Shown in pieces: positions 48,708-56,983 of a DNA stretch of 62,273 bases. The stretch covers positions 1 to 62,273 of the IMG/VR virus record IMGVR_UViG_3300046779_000501. One strand, written 5' to 3'. Made by a program: the position numbers and the translations under genes. The notes under the pieces are model-generated. The model was not told where the DNA came from, ran no database searches, and was given only the letters and a program-made list of their open reading frames with translations. This stretch comes from a virus. Lineage: Duplodnaviria > Caudoviricetes. Numbering within the stretch: position 1 is the first letter of the stretch; each line of letters begins with the position of its first letter.

Positions 48708-49798
48708 ACTTTCTTTACGTATTTAATTTTTGATTCATCAAAACCATCTAATGCAGTGGTTACCCACGTGTAATCCACAGTATCCTCATAGCACAACACG
48801 TGCACTATTGCTTTCTCTTTAGGATTCAAACGTAACAATCTTCCTATACGCTGTGTACTCTTACGCTCATTACCATACGCATGCATGATAATACCTTGCT
48901 TGAGATCAGGTATGTTAACACCTTCATTCAATTGTAGTACACAGGATAGTTTATTAATGTTACCATCTTTAAAGTCCTGGAGATTAGTTTCAGAGTCTGG
49001 ATTCTTACTATGATAACTGTGTGTACACATACGATCCGCTTGAACTTGTGTATTAGCAAATAGTATGCACTTATCAGATATAGAATTAAACAGATTCTTA
49101 GCGTATTGTTCTTTACTAGGATAGGACATCATTGCTTTCATACGCATAACACGTAGCATGTGTTCTCCTACACCAGGATTACAATTTAGTAGTCTTTCAG
49201 ACCAATAGTTATAATCAGATAACTCACTGGACATGAATGTCTTACCAGTCTTTGTCTTCTTAGACATATTACGTCTAGGATCTAAAGGCAGCAGATGTAC
49301 TACTATACTATAGTCATTTAGTATACCATCCTCGACAGCATTGTCGGTGATATACTCATATACTACAGGACAGAATTTACTAATCATCTTACCTTTCTCA
49401 GAGTTCTTGACTTTCGGTGGTGTACCAGTTAATCCTATAATCTTACCGGTGTACTTATCTAACCAATCTTGATGAGAGTATAATAAGTTATGACACTCAT
49501 CCGCATACACAGTATGATAGTTTAAACTTTGTTTGTTTAAAGATAGATACGTAGTAAAATGAATGTGTGGTAACAAATGCTCAAGATTAAACTTCTTCGC
49601 TTCGTCTTCCCAAGACTTTAATATCGCTAACTTAGGTGCTACAACAAGAAACATACGTCCGGGACGATAAGATCTCTCTATATGTTTTAACCCAATGAGT
49701 GTCTTACCAACACCCATACTCACAGCAACAGTTGCTCTATTATAATCTTGTAGTATTTCAAGTGCTTCTTCTTGCACTTCTTCTTTAGTCTTACTCAT
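48704..49798 (-). CDS. Superfamily 2 helicase
   Basis: MGVGKT, DECH, GLTGTP, LNEGVN, QRIGRLLR. Confidence 0.88.
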   Translation of the reverse strand: MSKTKEEVQEEALEILQDYNRATVAVSMGVGKTLIGLKHIERSYRPGRMFLVVAPKLAILKSWEDEAKKFNLEHLLPHIHFTTYLSLNKQSLNYHTVYADECHNLLYSHQDWLDKYTGKIIGLTGTPPKVKNSEKGKMISKFCPVVYEYITDNAVEDGILNDYSIVVHLLPLDPRRNMSKKTKTGKTFMSSELSDYNYWSERLLNCNPGVGEHMLRVMRMKAMMSYPSKEQYAKNLFNSISDKCILFANTQVQADRMCTHSYHSKNPDSETNLQDFKDGNINKLSCVLQLNEGVNIPDLKQGIIMHAYGNERKSTQRIGRLLRLNPKEKAIVHVLCYEDTVDYTWVTTALDGFDESKIKYVKKV

Positions 49799-50099
49799 AA
49801 CACCATACTTGTTTACATTGTTCTTTATTCATCTTGATTGTTCTACAGTACTGCTGATACTCTTTATTATCACCATACATACGGTAGATATATAGTTCAG
49901 CATACTCGGGTTCTTTAGCAGGAATACCTTCAGGATGATCACTACCAGCAAGATTAATAAGACGTTTGAGTTGATTATGAGAAACAGTACCGCTAATGAA
50001 TGCTGTATGATACATACAATCCTTTACATTATTAAAGTACACACGTACATCAACACCATAACCCCAAGGTTTCATCATTAGATCTTTAAACTTACTCAT
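49791..50099 (-). CDS. Hypothetical protein
   Basis: Coupled ORF. Confidence 0.6.
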   Translation of the reverse strand: MSKFKDLMMKPWGYGVDVRVYFNNVKDCMYHTAFISGTVSHNQLKRLINLAGSDHPEGIPAKEPEYAELYIYRMYGDNKEYQQYCRTIKMNKEQCKQVWCYE

Positions 50100-50344
50100 C
50101 TCTTTTTCTTTTTCTTATTAAGGAATAATGTAGCTGCCATCTTACTATCTAGTTTGAACTTAACAAAGTTACCGGTTGCTTCTTCCCACGGACCAAACTC
50201 ATCATCTTCATTACGTTTAATATCAAATGTATTCATAAAAGATGCAGAGTTATAACCACGGGTTACCTGAACATATTCTATATAATGTCCTTTCCATATA
50301 TCTAGTACTCCAAAGAAGACTTTAGGATGTTTTATCTTTCTCAT
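50096..50344 (-). CDS. Hypothetical protein
   Basis: Coupled ORF. Confidence 0.6.
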   Translation of the reverse strand: MRKIKHPKVFFGVLDIWKGHYIEYVQVTRGYNSASFMNTFDIKRNEDDEFGPWEEATGNFVKFKLDSKMAATLFLNKKKKKR

Positions 50345-50754
50345 TCTTCTCTAGATTTAGATAGTCCTAATGTTTTAGCATCCACATGGTTAACTTCAAT
50401 CCAGCCATGACATAGTCTACATACAGCAAGGAACTCAGTATCATCTAACATTAGATCTCCTGTTCTACCTTTCTTATGATGTATGTCCGTAGCATTGATT
50501 TGACATCCGGGAAGATGTGCTTGACAATAAGGATGGTTCTGTAAGTACTTAGTACGTAGTATAGAATACAAAGCTTCAAGTTTTACTTGTTTAGAAGAAC
50601 GAGGTGACAGAGGTTTCTTAGCAGTTGGTTTAATGCTCTTCTTACCTTTTGTTTGGCTACTCCAGCAAGTTTTACAAAACCTCTGCACACCATCTTTCTT
50701 CCAAATGTATTCTAACTGATTACAACCACTACACAGCTTTTTCTTCGCTTGCAT
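50341..50754 (-). CDS. HNH-like nuclease with N-terminal zinc finger
   Basis: CSGC...CKTC, then C.....C...ATDIHH..GR...LAVCRLCH..I. Confidence 0.75.
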   Translation of the reverse strand: MQAKKKLCSGCNQLEYIWKKDGVQRFCKTCWSSQTKGKKSIKPTAKKPLSPRSSKQVKLEALYSILRTKYLQNHPYCQAHLPGCQINATDIHHKKGRTGDLMLDDTEFLAVCRLCHGWIEVNHVDAKTLGLSKSREE

Positions 50755-50944
50755 GGATTTTTACCTGACTAGTGATTAGTAAAGAGTTCTGACCATACAC
50801 ACGTGCATAACCAGCATCTTCTCCTATCTCTGCTACCATAACATTTGATTGTTTAATCAACGCTGTTAATAGAGATTTCTCAGTATCTGTTTCAGGGGTA
50901 AGAATTAGTTGTGTCTTACCATTCACAATAAATGTTGTTTTCAT
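50729..50944 (-). CDS. Hypothetical protein
   Basis: Coupled ORF, NG..QLILTPE...EK.LL. Confidence 0.6.
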   Translation of the reverse strand: MKTTFIVNGKTQLILTPETDTEKSLLTALIKQSNVMVAEIGEDAGYARVYGQNSLLITSQVKIHASEEKAV

Positions 50945-51255
50945 TCTTCTGACAGTTTTTTAAAAATGTTTTCTACTTTCTCGTAGACCTCCGGTAGAGT
51001 TTCCTCTATCATGTCTACCACTGGTGCTAACTTTTCCTCAATCTGTAGGCACATTTTATAGTGCTCAGATTCCATCATATCATCTAAATCTTCATCATTC
51101 ATAGTCCTGAAGACGGAGATATACCCCATTTCGGGTATCTCCAGTTCTTCATATATACCTTTCTTCTCAACAATGAGATTATAAGTATCAATAGACTTAT
51201 GATTAATTTTATAGATAAATACAATCTCTTCGTTAGTTAGACCGTGCAATTCCAT
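50941..51255 (-). CDS. Hypothetical acidic protein
   Basis: Coupled ORF. Confidence 0.6.
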   Translation of the reverse strand: MELHGLTNEEIVFIYKINHKSIDTYNLIVEKKGIYEELEIPEMGYISVFRTMNDEDLDDMMESEHYKMCLQIEEKLAPVVDMIEETLPEVYEKVENIFKKLSEE

Positions 51256-51722
51256 TATTTGTCAGTTAGTTGATAAAAGTTATTCGGCAAGATCTTTTCG
51301 CTTATGAGTTTGTCAACAACTTGACTTTTACTGATACCCATAGACTTAAAATCTATCTTGCTAATATACTGATCATCTACTTCCTCACCAAACTTTTCAT
51401 TAAGTTCTTTGACGAACGAACTGTGATGGAATACTGTGGATAAAAGAGTTCCTAACCATTGGTTACTCATCTCTTGTTTCCATAGATTTAGTACTTTCTG
51501 TGCTCTTTCGTGCACTTTCTCAATCCTTCTTTTCTTATCCCAATGCATTTTTACAAGCTCATCTTGCGGATATACCGCAAGTCCAAATAGCGCACGCTTG
51601 TACAAAAAGTTTTGATAAGAGTTGAACGGATCCTTCTCAAATTGAATTTTCTTAAAAGAAGTTCCATACTTCTGATAGTGACTCAATTTCCCGTCGTAAA
51701 CGACCTTTTGATACTTGTTCAT
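51255..51722 (-). CDS. Hypothetical protein
   Basis: YQNFLYKRALFGL..Y...ILPNNFY.L conserved-looking pattern. Confidence 0.7.
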   Translation of the reverse strand: MNKYQKVVYDGKLSHYQKYGTSFKKIQFEKDPFNSYQNFLYKRALFGLAVYPQDELVKMHWDKKRRIEKVHERAQKVLNLWKQEMSNQWLGTLLSTVFHHSSFVKELNEKFGEEVDDQYISKIDFKSMGISKSQVVDKLISEKILPNNFYQLTDK

Positions 51723-51747
51723 ATTCTTTGTTTTAAAAATTTACAAT

Positions 51748-51770
51748 AAAAAAGGACTGAAATCAGTCCT
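51748..51770 (-). terminator. Rho-independent terminator
   Basis: AGGACTGA-aa-TCAGTCCT perfect stem followed by TTTTT on the - strand. Confidence 0.7.
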
Positions 51771-52047
51771 CGAAGTTTAAAGAAACGTTGTCATCTAATA
51801 GATCCGGAAACTCATCAGGAAAGAATTCCTCATAGTACGTTTCTATTTCATCAACATTTTCTTCATCTACAACATCTTCTTCAGTAACACCTGAATCTTG
51901 TTTACTAATAGAAGAGTGTTTAAAGGGATTATGAATATGCTCCCCAGCATTGACTGCTATCAAGAATTGCAAGTCTTCTTTAGATAGATTTATAACATCG
52001 TCTACCTCTAACCAAACTACTTTTCCTGTGGGGAGCTGATATAGCAT
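51763..52047 (-). CDS. Hypothetical acidic protein
   Basis: Likely start MLYQLPTGK at 52047, 3 nt after a TAACTTTG promoter element. Confidence 0.7.
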   Translation of the reverse strand: MLYQLPTGKVVWLEVDDVINLSKEDLQFLIAVNAGEHIHNPFKHSSISKQDSGVTEEDVVDEENVDEIETYYEEFFPDEFPDLLDDNVSLNFED

Positions 52048-52050
52048 AAT

Positions 52051-52058
52051 CAAAGTTA
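52051..52058 (-). promoter_or_regulatory. Bacteroidota -7 promoter element TAACTTTG (near-leaderless)
   Basis: Exact TAnnTTTG match immediately before an ATG. Confidence 0.55.
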
Positions 52059-52103
52059 GTGAAATACCAAATAATTGGTACACAGTAACTTAAATAATTT
52101 ACA

Positions 52104-52298
52104 TTATATAGCTAATGCTATGATACTTACTACTAGAGCAGTAACAGATATAAGGTATAAAGCAAGAATATGATTCTTACTAAACTCCCATATTTTAACG
52201 GTATTATCGATTAATTCTACCATATTTTTAGCATTACTTTTCTTGTACGCTTCGAATGTGCCCATATATACGGCACGTTTGTCTTGACTTTCACTCAT
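52104..52298 (-). CDS. Small protein with C-terminal TM
   Basis: Hydrophobic C-terminus, coupled ORF. Confidence 0.55.
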   Translation of the reverse strand: MSESQDKRAVYMGTFEAYKKSNAKNMVELIDNTVKIWEFSKNHILALYLISVTALVVSIIALAI

Positions 52299-52744
52299 AT
52301 TAATTCATCTAAATTAGGACGTACTAGTCCTATGGTTTTTACAACATGGTTCATCTCTATGTTCCAGCTAGAGGTTAGGTTTTCACCAACGGTATTGATA
52401 GCAGGATACTCAACTCTCATAGTCTGTGTATACTTATCTGTAGATTTGACGGTACATCTTACATGATCGTTCTCATCTATGATACCTTGTTCTCTCATAG
52501 CATTCTCATCATATCTATATGAATAGAGATTATCTGTATGGACAATAACACCATCACCTGGTACATAAAGAGACTCATTAAAGACATATCCGTCTAATGA
52601 TTTGAATATAACATCTGTAATAGTACTATTACCAGACATCAATACATCAGCTATTTGTCTTACACACTCAGGTTTAAGATCCTTTAAGTGACTGGATAAC
52701 TTAATGGTAAGATAGTCTTCATCAACTTTTACACTAAACGCCAT
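52295..52744 (-). CDS. Hypothetical protein
   Basis: ORF with AT-rich leader. Confidence 0.65.
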   Translation of the reverse strand: MAFSVKVDEDYLTIKLSSHLKDLKPECVRQIADVLMSGNSTITDVIFKSLDGYVFNESLYVPGDGVIVHTDNLYSYRYDENAMREQGIIDENDHVRCTVKSTDKYTQTMRVEYPAINTVGENLTSSWNIEMNHVVKTIGLVRPNLDELI

Positions 52745-52782
52745 AGTTTTGTTATTTAATTAAATTTTATTACCTTTACTAT

Positions 52783-53790
52783 ATGGCTAGTAAACCAACT
52801 AAGAGAGGAGAGATTGTAACATCCTACCTTTCAAAACACAAAACAACTCCCATTCTTACTCTTGCTAAACTTATTTTCTCTGAGAAATCTGATTACTTTA
52901 AATCTGTAGAAGATGTAAGGGATGTAATTAGATATCATACAGGATTAAAGGGTAACAAGGATAAGAAGAACATAACTAACAAAGAGTTTATTCGTGAGAA
53001 AACCTATAAGTACAATCCTTTTGATGAAATACCTAAGTCTTACAAAGAAGACAGTATAGTACTTACACTAGGTAAATCATCACGTAAGGTAGCAGTCTTA
53101 TCTGACATACACTTTCCATATCATGATGAAGTAGCACTAAAGATTGCAATAGATTACTTAGTTGAATACAAACCAGACACAATAATTCTTAACGGAGATA
53201 TCTTAGACTTCTATGGTCTATCAGCATTTGATAAAGACCCAAGTAAACCTAAGATGCGAGAAGAATTAGAACAGGGTAGATGGTTTATCTCAGCAATGAG
53301 ACAAACCTTTCCTAACGCACTCATATACTATAAGATAGGTAACCATGAAATGCGTCTTGAACGCTGGTTAAAACTTAAAGCACCTGAGTGGTTAGGAAAT
53401 GAGGAGTTTGAGATACCAATTCTACTTAAGTTTGGAGAGAATCGTATCCATCTAGTGGAAAAGTTCACTACAATCAAAGCAGGTAATCTCAATATCATAC
53501 ACGGTCATGAATACAAAGGTGGTGGAACAGTAAATCCAGCACGTAATATGTATCTCAAGACCAAAGCGTCCGTAATATGCGGACACTTCCACAGGAAATC
53601 AGAATTCCTCACAACAGACATAGACGGTGTAGTACATGGATCATGGTCAACAGGATGCTTATGTGAACTAAATGCAGAGTATATGAATACTCATACAGAT
53701 TGGGTTCATGGATTTGCAACAGTTGATGTGAACCAAGACGGCACCTTCTCTGTTAGTAACAAACTAATTAGTAACGGTAAAGTACTATAA
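52783..53790 (+). CDS. Calcineurin-like metallophosphoesterase
   Basis: SDIH, NGDILD, GNHE, HGH, GHFH motifs. TACCTTTA element at 52771-52778 just upstream. Confidence 0.88.
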   Translation: MASKPTKRGEIVTSYLSKHKTTPILTLAKLIFSEKSDYFKSVEDVRDVIRYHTGLKGNKDKKNITNKEFIREKTYKYNPFDEIPKSYKEDSIVLTLGKSSRKVAVLSDIHFPYHDEVALKIAIDYLVEYKPDTIILNGDILDFYGLSAFDKDPSKPKMREELEQGRWFISAMRQTFPNALIYYKIGNHEMRLERWLKLKAPEWLGNEEFEIPILLKFGENRIHLVEKFTTIKAGNLNIIHGHEYKGGGTVNPARNMYLKTKASVICGHFHRKSEFLTTDIDGVVHGSWSTGCLCELNAEYMNTHTDWVHGFATVDVNQDGTFSVSNKLISNGKVL

Positions 53791-53792
53791 CA

Positions 53793-54023
53793 ATGGCAAC
53801 TTACATTAAAGCCGGAATATTTAATCCACCTGGTATAGAAGACGAGGAGGATTATATTCAACCAATGGTATACATAGATGAGGAGAAAATACAAGTACTC
53901 AACGAAGACGATGAGCTTGTAGTTCAATTCACATATGAGGAACTCAGAGGTTTAATGGCGATAATGGCAGCTGAACAAGAGAAACAACATTTGTTTATCA
54001 AAGCGTCAGCAAAGAATAATTAA
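53793..54023 (+). CDS. Hypothetical acidic protein
   Basis: Follows the phosphoesterase after a 2-nt gap. Confidence 0.6.
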   Translation: MATYIKAGIFNPPGIEDEEDYIQPMVYIDEEKIQVLNEDDELVVQFTYEELRGLMAIMAAEQEKQHLFIKASAKNN

Positions 54024-54762
54024 AAGCGATTTCTTCTCCGAGTTTATCGTTATAACTTCTCAGTTCATCTTTAGATAAATTAAAATCAACCTTTAAATCT
54101 AATGCTAAACATCTATTAGATAGTTCAGTATAGAAATAGGAGTGTCTATTTAAGTTACCTGTAATATAACCATTTACTATAGCTTCTGCGGATTTAGCAA
54201 TAGAGAAGAATGGTATAAAACTAGCAAGAAAGTTACCGTCCTTGTTTAACTTTATTAAGAAAGTATGTAACATTTCTGGTGTCATATCGCTGTTCTTTAA
54301 CCAAGGTTTACTCTTAATGAATGCTTTACATAGTTCAACAGGATCTGTAATCTTCTTACTGAGTATCTTACCAAACATAGTAGCAGTCATCAAAGACTTA
54401 ATGGGATAAAAGATAGGTTGTAACCATTCATCACCCGTATAGTCTATTATTTTACCCCACGTATAGTCACTAAATGAATTTGGTACACTCTTATACCAGA
54501 ACTTAAACTTCTTGGTAGTCTTATCATAAGTAAAACCTTCTCTCTGTTTATCTGTTTGAGACCATGCTTTACCATTATTAAACCTGATATTCTTACCTTC
54601 ATTACCTAAACAGAGTTTGTTATCATCTTCATAGATGAAAGAATAACGTGAATTGTAAGAACCCCGATTAGTGTAATATTCTAATCTCTGCCGTTTAGGT
54701 GTGAAGTTAAAGAAATTGTAATGTCTATCTATAGTCTCTTGACCAATAATAATCTCTCTCAT
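53998..54762 (-). CDS. Hypothetical protein
   Basis: 254-aa ORF coupled to the upstream gene. Confidence 0.65.
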   Translation of the reverse strand: MREIIIGQETIDRHYNFFNFTPKRQRLEYYTNRGSYNSRYSFIYEDDNKLCLGNEGKNIRFNNGKAWSQTDKQREGFTYDKTTKKFKFWYKSVPNSFSDYTWGKIIDYTGDEWLQPIFYPIKSLMTATMFGKILSKKITDPVELCKAFIKSKPWLKNSDMTPEMLHTFLIKLNKDGNFLASFIPFFSIAKSAEAIVNGYITGNLNRHSYFYTELSNRCLALDLKVDFNLSKDELRSYNDKLGEEIAFNYSLLTL

Positions 54763-54944
54763 TTAAATTCAATGTTTGTAGGTTCAACATTATTTGGACT
54801 AATAACAACGGTGGTACCAACGGGAGTTCTCTCACTCTCACTATGTATTACTAAACCGTGTATCATATTATTAGTAGTCATAGTAACCACAAATAGATAG
54901 ATCATTCCATCACCCATTGGGTATTTTACTATTATATTATCCAT
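54759..54944 (-). CDS. Small hypothetical protein
   Basis: Coupled at both ends. Confidence 0.6.
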   Translation of the reverse strand: MDNIIVKYPMGDGMIYLFVVTMTTNNMIHGLVIHSESERTPVGTTVVISPNNVEPTNIEFK

Positions 54945-55312
54945 TAGAAGTCTACATTAGGATTAAACTTGGTGATTTCAGGATCTATAACTTCAACAGC
55001 AGATGCGGGTAATTCTACTTTCTCTCTACTAGTATATTGCTCGTTATATGATTTGATAACAATACAATCTAAAATAGTATCTGCATAGTCACCTACTGTA
55101 CCTGACGGTAATACAACAATTACCATTAGATAAACAGGAGTAGGATCACCGGTAGGAAACCATTTCACGGTAGAATAATGATATTTATCTTGCATATCAT
55201 AATACCATTGCTCTTGTGTTTCAATCCATGCAATGTACTCTGCTTCATTTTGTGCTTCAAGAAACGCTTGTTCTTGTAGATACGCACTGTAGTCTTCTTC
55301 TGAATTAAACAT
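54944..55312 (-). CDS. Hypothetical acidic protein
   Basis: ORF with AT-rich leader. Confidence 0.65.
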   Translation of the reverse strand: MFNSEEDYSAYLQEQAFLEAQNEAEYIAWIETQEQWYYDMQDKYHYSTVKWFPTGDPTPVYLMVIVVLPSGTVGDYADTILDCIVIKSYNEQYTSREKVELPASAVEVIDPEITKFNPNVDF

Positions 55313-55379
55313 ATTGTTTATTTTTAATTGGTTAATAAGAATAGTATATTAGGACCCGATGTTACTCGAGTCCCATATA

Positions 55380-55892
55380 TCACGAAAGTTTAGAAAGACT
55401 GTATACTCTCTTTACAATATGACCCATATCACTGTCAATGTTGATAGTATCTTTCTTCTCGATAAGATAACCGGGAAAGTGATTAGTTAGTCTATTGAAG
55501 ATTTCATCTTCATTACTGAACTCCCAATCACCCCATCGCAATGCCATAGAGCATCCAAGTTCTTCTGACGTATGGTTAATACCATCAGTTGACGGGAAAT
55601 AATACGTTTCACAAACACCAAATGACGTAGATGCTATGATATGGAATCTACTTTGACTCAATATTGAATCATTGAAACTCGTATAAGCATCATCATCATC
55701 TTCCAGAGTTTCTGATTCATAAAGTTCCATCCAAGACTCTTCTTCTAACTGATCTTGTTCTAACTGATCTTGTTCGGAATGATACATCTGTTCGTAGACT
55801 TCTTCTACCATATGATTCATTTGAAGAACAACAGAGAATAAATCACTCTCTTGTACCATAGGGTACTTTTCTTTGAATTCTTGTAGTGTCAT
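55380..55892 (-). CDS. Highly acidic hypothetical protein
   Basis: D/E-rich, internal EQDQL-EQDQL duplication. Confidence 0.65.
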   Translation of the reverse strand: MTLQEFKEKYPMVQESDLFSVVLQMNHMVEEVYEQMYHSEQDQLEQDQLEEESWMELYESETLEDDDDAYTSFNDSILSQSRFHIIASTSFGVCETYYFPSTDGINHTSEELGCSMALRWGDWEFSNEDEIFNRLTNHFPGYLIEKKDTINIDSDMGHIVKRVYSLSKLS

Positions 55893-55924
55893 TGCTTTTA
55901 AATGTTAGTTAATGATTTAATGGA

Positions 55925-56050
55925 TTATTTTAATTCTTCATCTAGATAATACATTCTAACAGCTTTAGCTCTTATATCTGCATTATTCCACGAAGGGTGT
56001 AATTCTTTAACTTGTGCTTCATAAGCATCAATCATTTCTTCTTTTGTCAT
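55925..56050 (-). CDS. 41-aa micro-protein (not in ORF track)
   Basis: AT-rich leader. MTKEEMIDAYEAQVKELHPSWNNADIRAKAVRMYYLDEELK. Confidence 0.65.
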   Translation of the reverse strand: MTKEEMIDAYEAQVKELHPSWNNADIRAKAVRMYYLDEELK

Positions 56051-56075
56051 TGTTTAACTTTTAATTGTTTGTATT

Positions 56076-56193
56076 TCAAGTTTGCCCCTCTGCACTCAGA
56101 TGTGTTACGCCAGTGACTAGCTAATACTAGTATATGGATGTTCGTACACATCTGCTCACCCTTGGGAAGTGAGTTGTGGTGCATTAACAATGA
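56076..56193 (-). ncRNA. Candidate twister self-cleaving ribozyme (type P1)
   Basis: - strand reads UUG-U-UAA-UGCA-CC-acaa-CUCAC-UUCCCAAGG-GUGAG-[CAGAUGUGU...ACACAUCUG]-AG-UGCA-GA-GGGG-CAA. This gives the conserved UAA, P2, P4 with a UCCCAAG loop, a T1 pseudoknot to GGGG, and CC/GG for T2. Confidence 0.72.
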
Positions 56194-56282
56194 GAGGACT
56201 GATTACCCTCTCTGTACCGTTTTGCAGGTTGAAGCTCTATTCTCCACACCTAGTCTGTGACTATACAGTGGCTGGTTGTTAA
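56184..56282 (-). ncRNA. Candidate multibranch RNA element 2
   Basis: Closing UUAACAA/UUGUUAA. Internal stems CUGUA/UACAG, UAGUC/GACUA, AGGU/ACCU, GAGAGG/CCUCUC. Confidence 0.4.
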
Positions 56283-56365
56283 CAATGACACATCTGTGAA
56301 TAGCTTTGAATGTGCATTACTGTAAGCCTTGCACTTACTCGGGAGCATGTATTCCTCCATTGTTA
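56280..56365 (-). ncRNA. Candidate four-way-junction RNA element 3
   Basis: 8-bp closing stem UAACAAUG/CAUUGUUA. Arms GGAG/CUCC, GUAAG/CUUAC (loop UGCAAGG), CACAU/AUGUG. Confidence 0.45.
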
Positions 56366-56366
56366 G

Positions 56367-56467
56367 TACTCTCATAAGGTTGCAACCCTTAACATCTTTA
56401 CCATATTCGTCACTGTCTAAAAGACTAACGCGGAAAGAACTATACTACCTGCAATTGGATGAGAGTA
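56367..56467 (-). ncRNA. Candidate tRNA-like element 4
   Basis: Acceptor-like stem UACUCUCA/UGAGAGUA directly stacked on a T-arm-like UAAGG-GUUGCAA-CCUUA. Long central arm in place of an anticodon arm. Confidence 0.45.
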
Positions 56468-56899
56468 TATAAACCACTAATACCTGTTACAAGTATATAG
56501 CAATATGTTGATTTTCCCACGGTCCATACCAAAACCGATAATGATGTGAACACTCTTATATCGTTATACAAGATGCGTGGGAAATCAACGATTCGAAACA
56601 ATCCGGACTACAATGTATTACAAATCACTATTATAGTAGTACTGTATATAGTCCGTATGTTTCAATGTTATTCGCTGTCGATTATGATCTCAACAGTATT
56701 AATGCGGGAAATCTCGATCTTCTGATCAACAAAAGCTCGGAGTAACTCAATAGAATCGGTCTCTAAAAGAACAACTCTCTTAAGCTTACATATAAGGATA
56801 TAAGTAACCATACGTATATACATAGAGTAATGGAGAGAGCACGGTAGATAAGTAAAGTCTTGCTATACTTATATAGAGGTGAACTCAATTACGAATTGT

Positions 56900-56982
56900 G
56901 GTGTGTGTGGTGAGAGTAAGAACTGTGAGAGTGTTTGATTCTCACAGTCCTTAACGTTCTCACTATCAGCACGTTACACACG
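56900..56982. other. Long imperfect hairpin just downstream of the 56984-57508 gene
   Basis: ACTGTGAGA/TCTCACAGT core, extended by GTGAGA/TCTCAC and GTGT/ACAC. Confidence 0.55.
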
Positions 56983-56983
56983 T

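Noticed and set aside
24266-52466. Short + strand ORFs opposite the replication and accessory genes (e.g. 34523-34912, 42666-42965, 44677-45024)
   Set aside because: Antisense shadows of recognisable genes.
55744-55775. 15-bp tandem repeat TCTAACTGATCTTGT resembling the early promoter motif
   Set aside because: It is an in-frame coding duplication (EQDQL x2), on the opposite strand, and matches only the first 10 nt.
56280-56365. Twister-sister ribozyme suggested by the GUGCAAG hairpin loop
   Set aside because: The GCAA / GCUCA internal loop containing the cleavage site could not be found.
56367-56467. SAM-I riboswitch or canonical tRNA call
   Set aside because: The CUCUCAUC...AUGAGAG stem is reminiscent of SAM-I, but the kink-turn and core motifs are missing. 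There is no 7-nt anticodon loop or UUC T-loop for a true tRNA.
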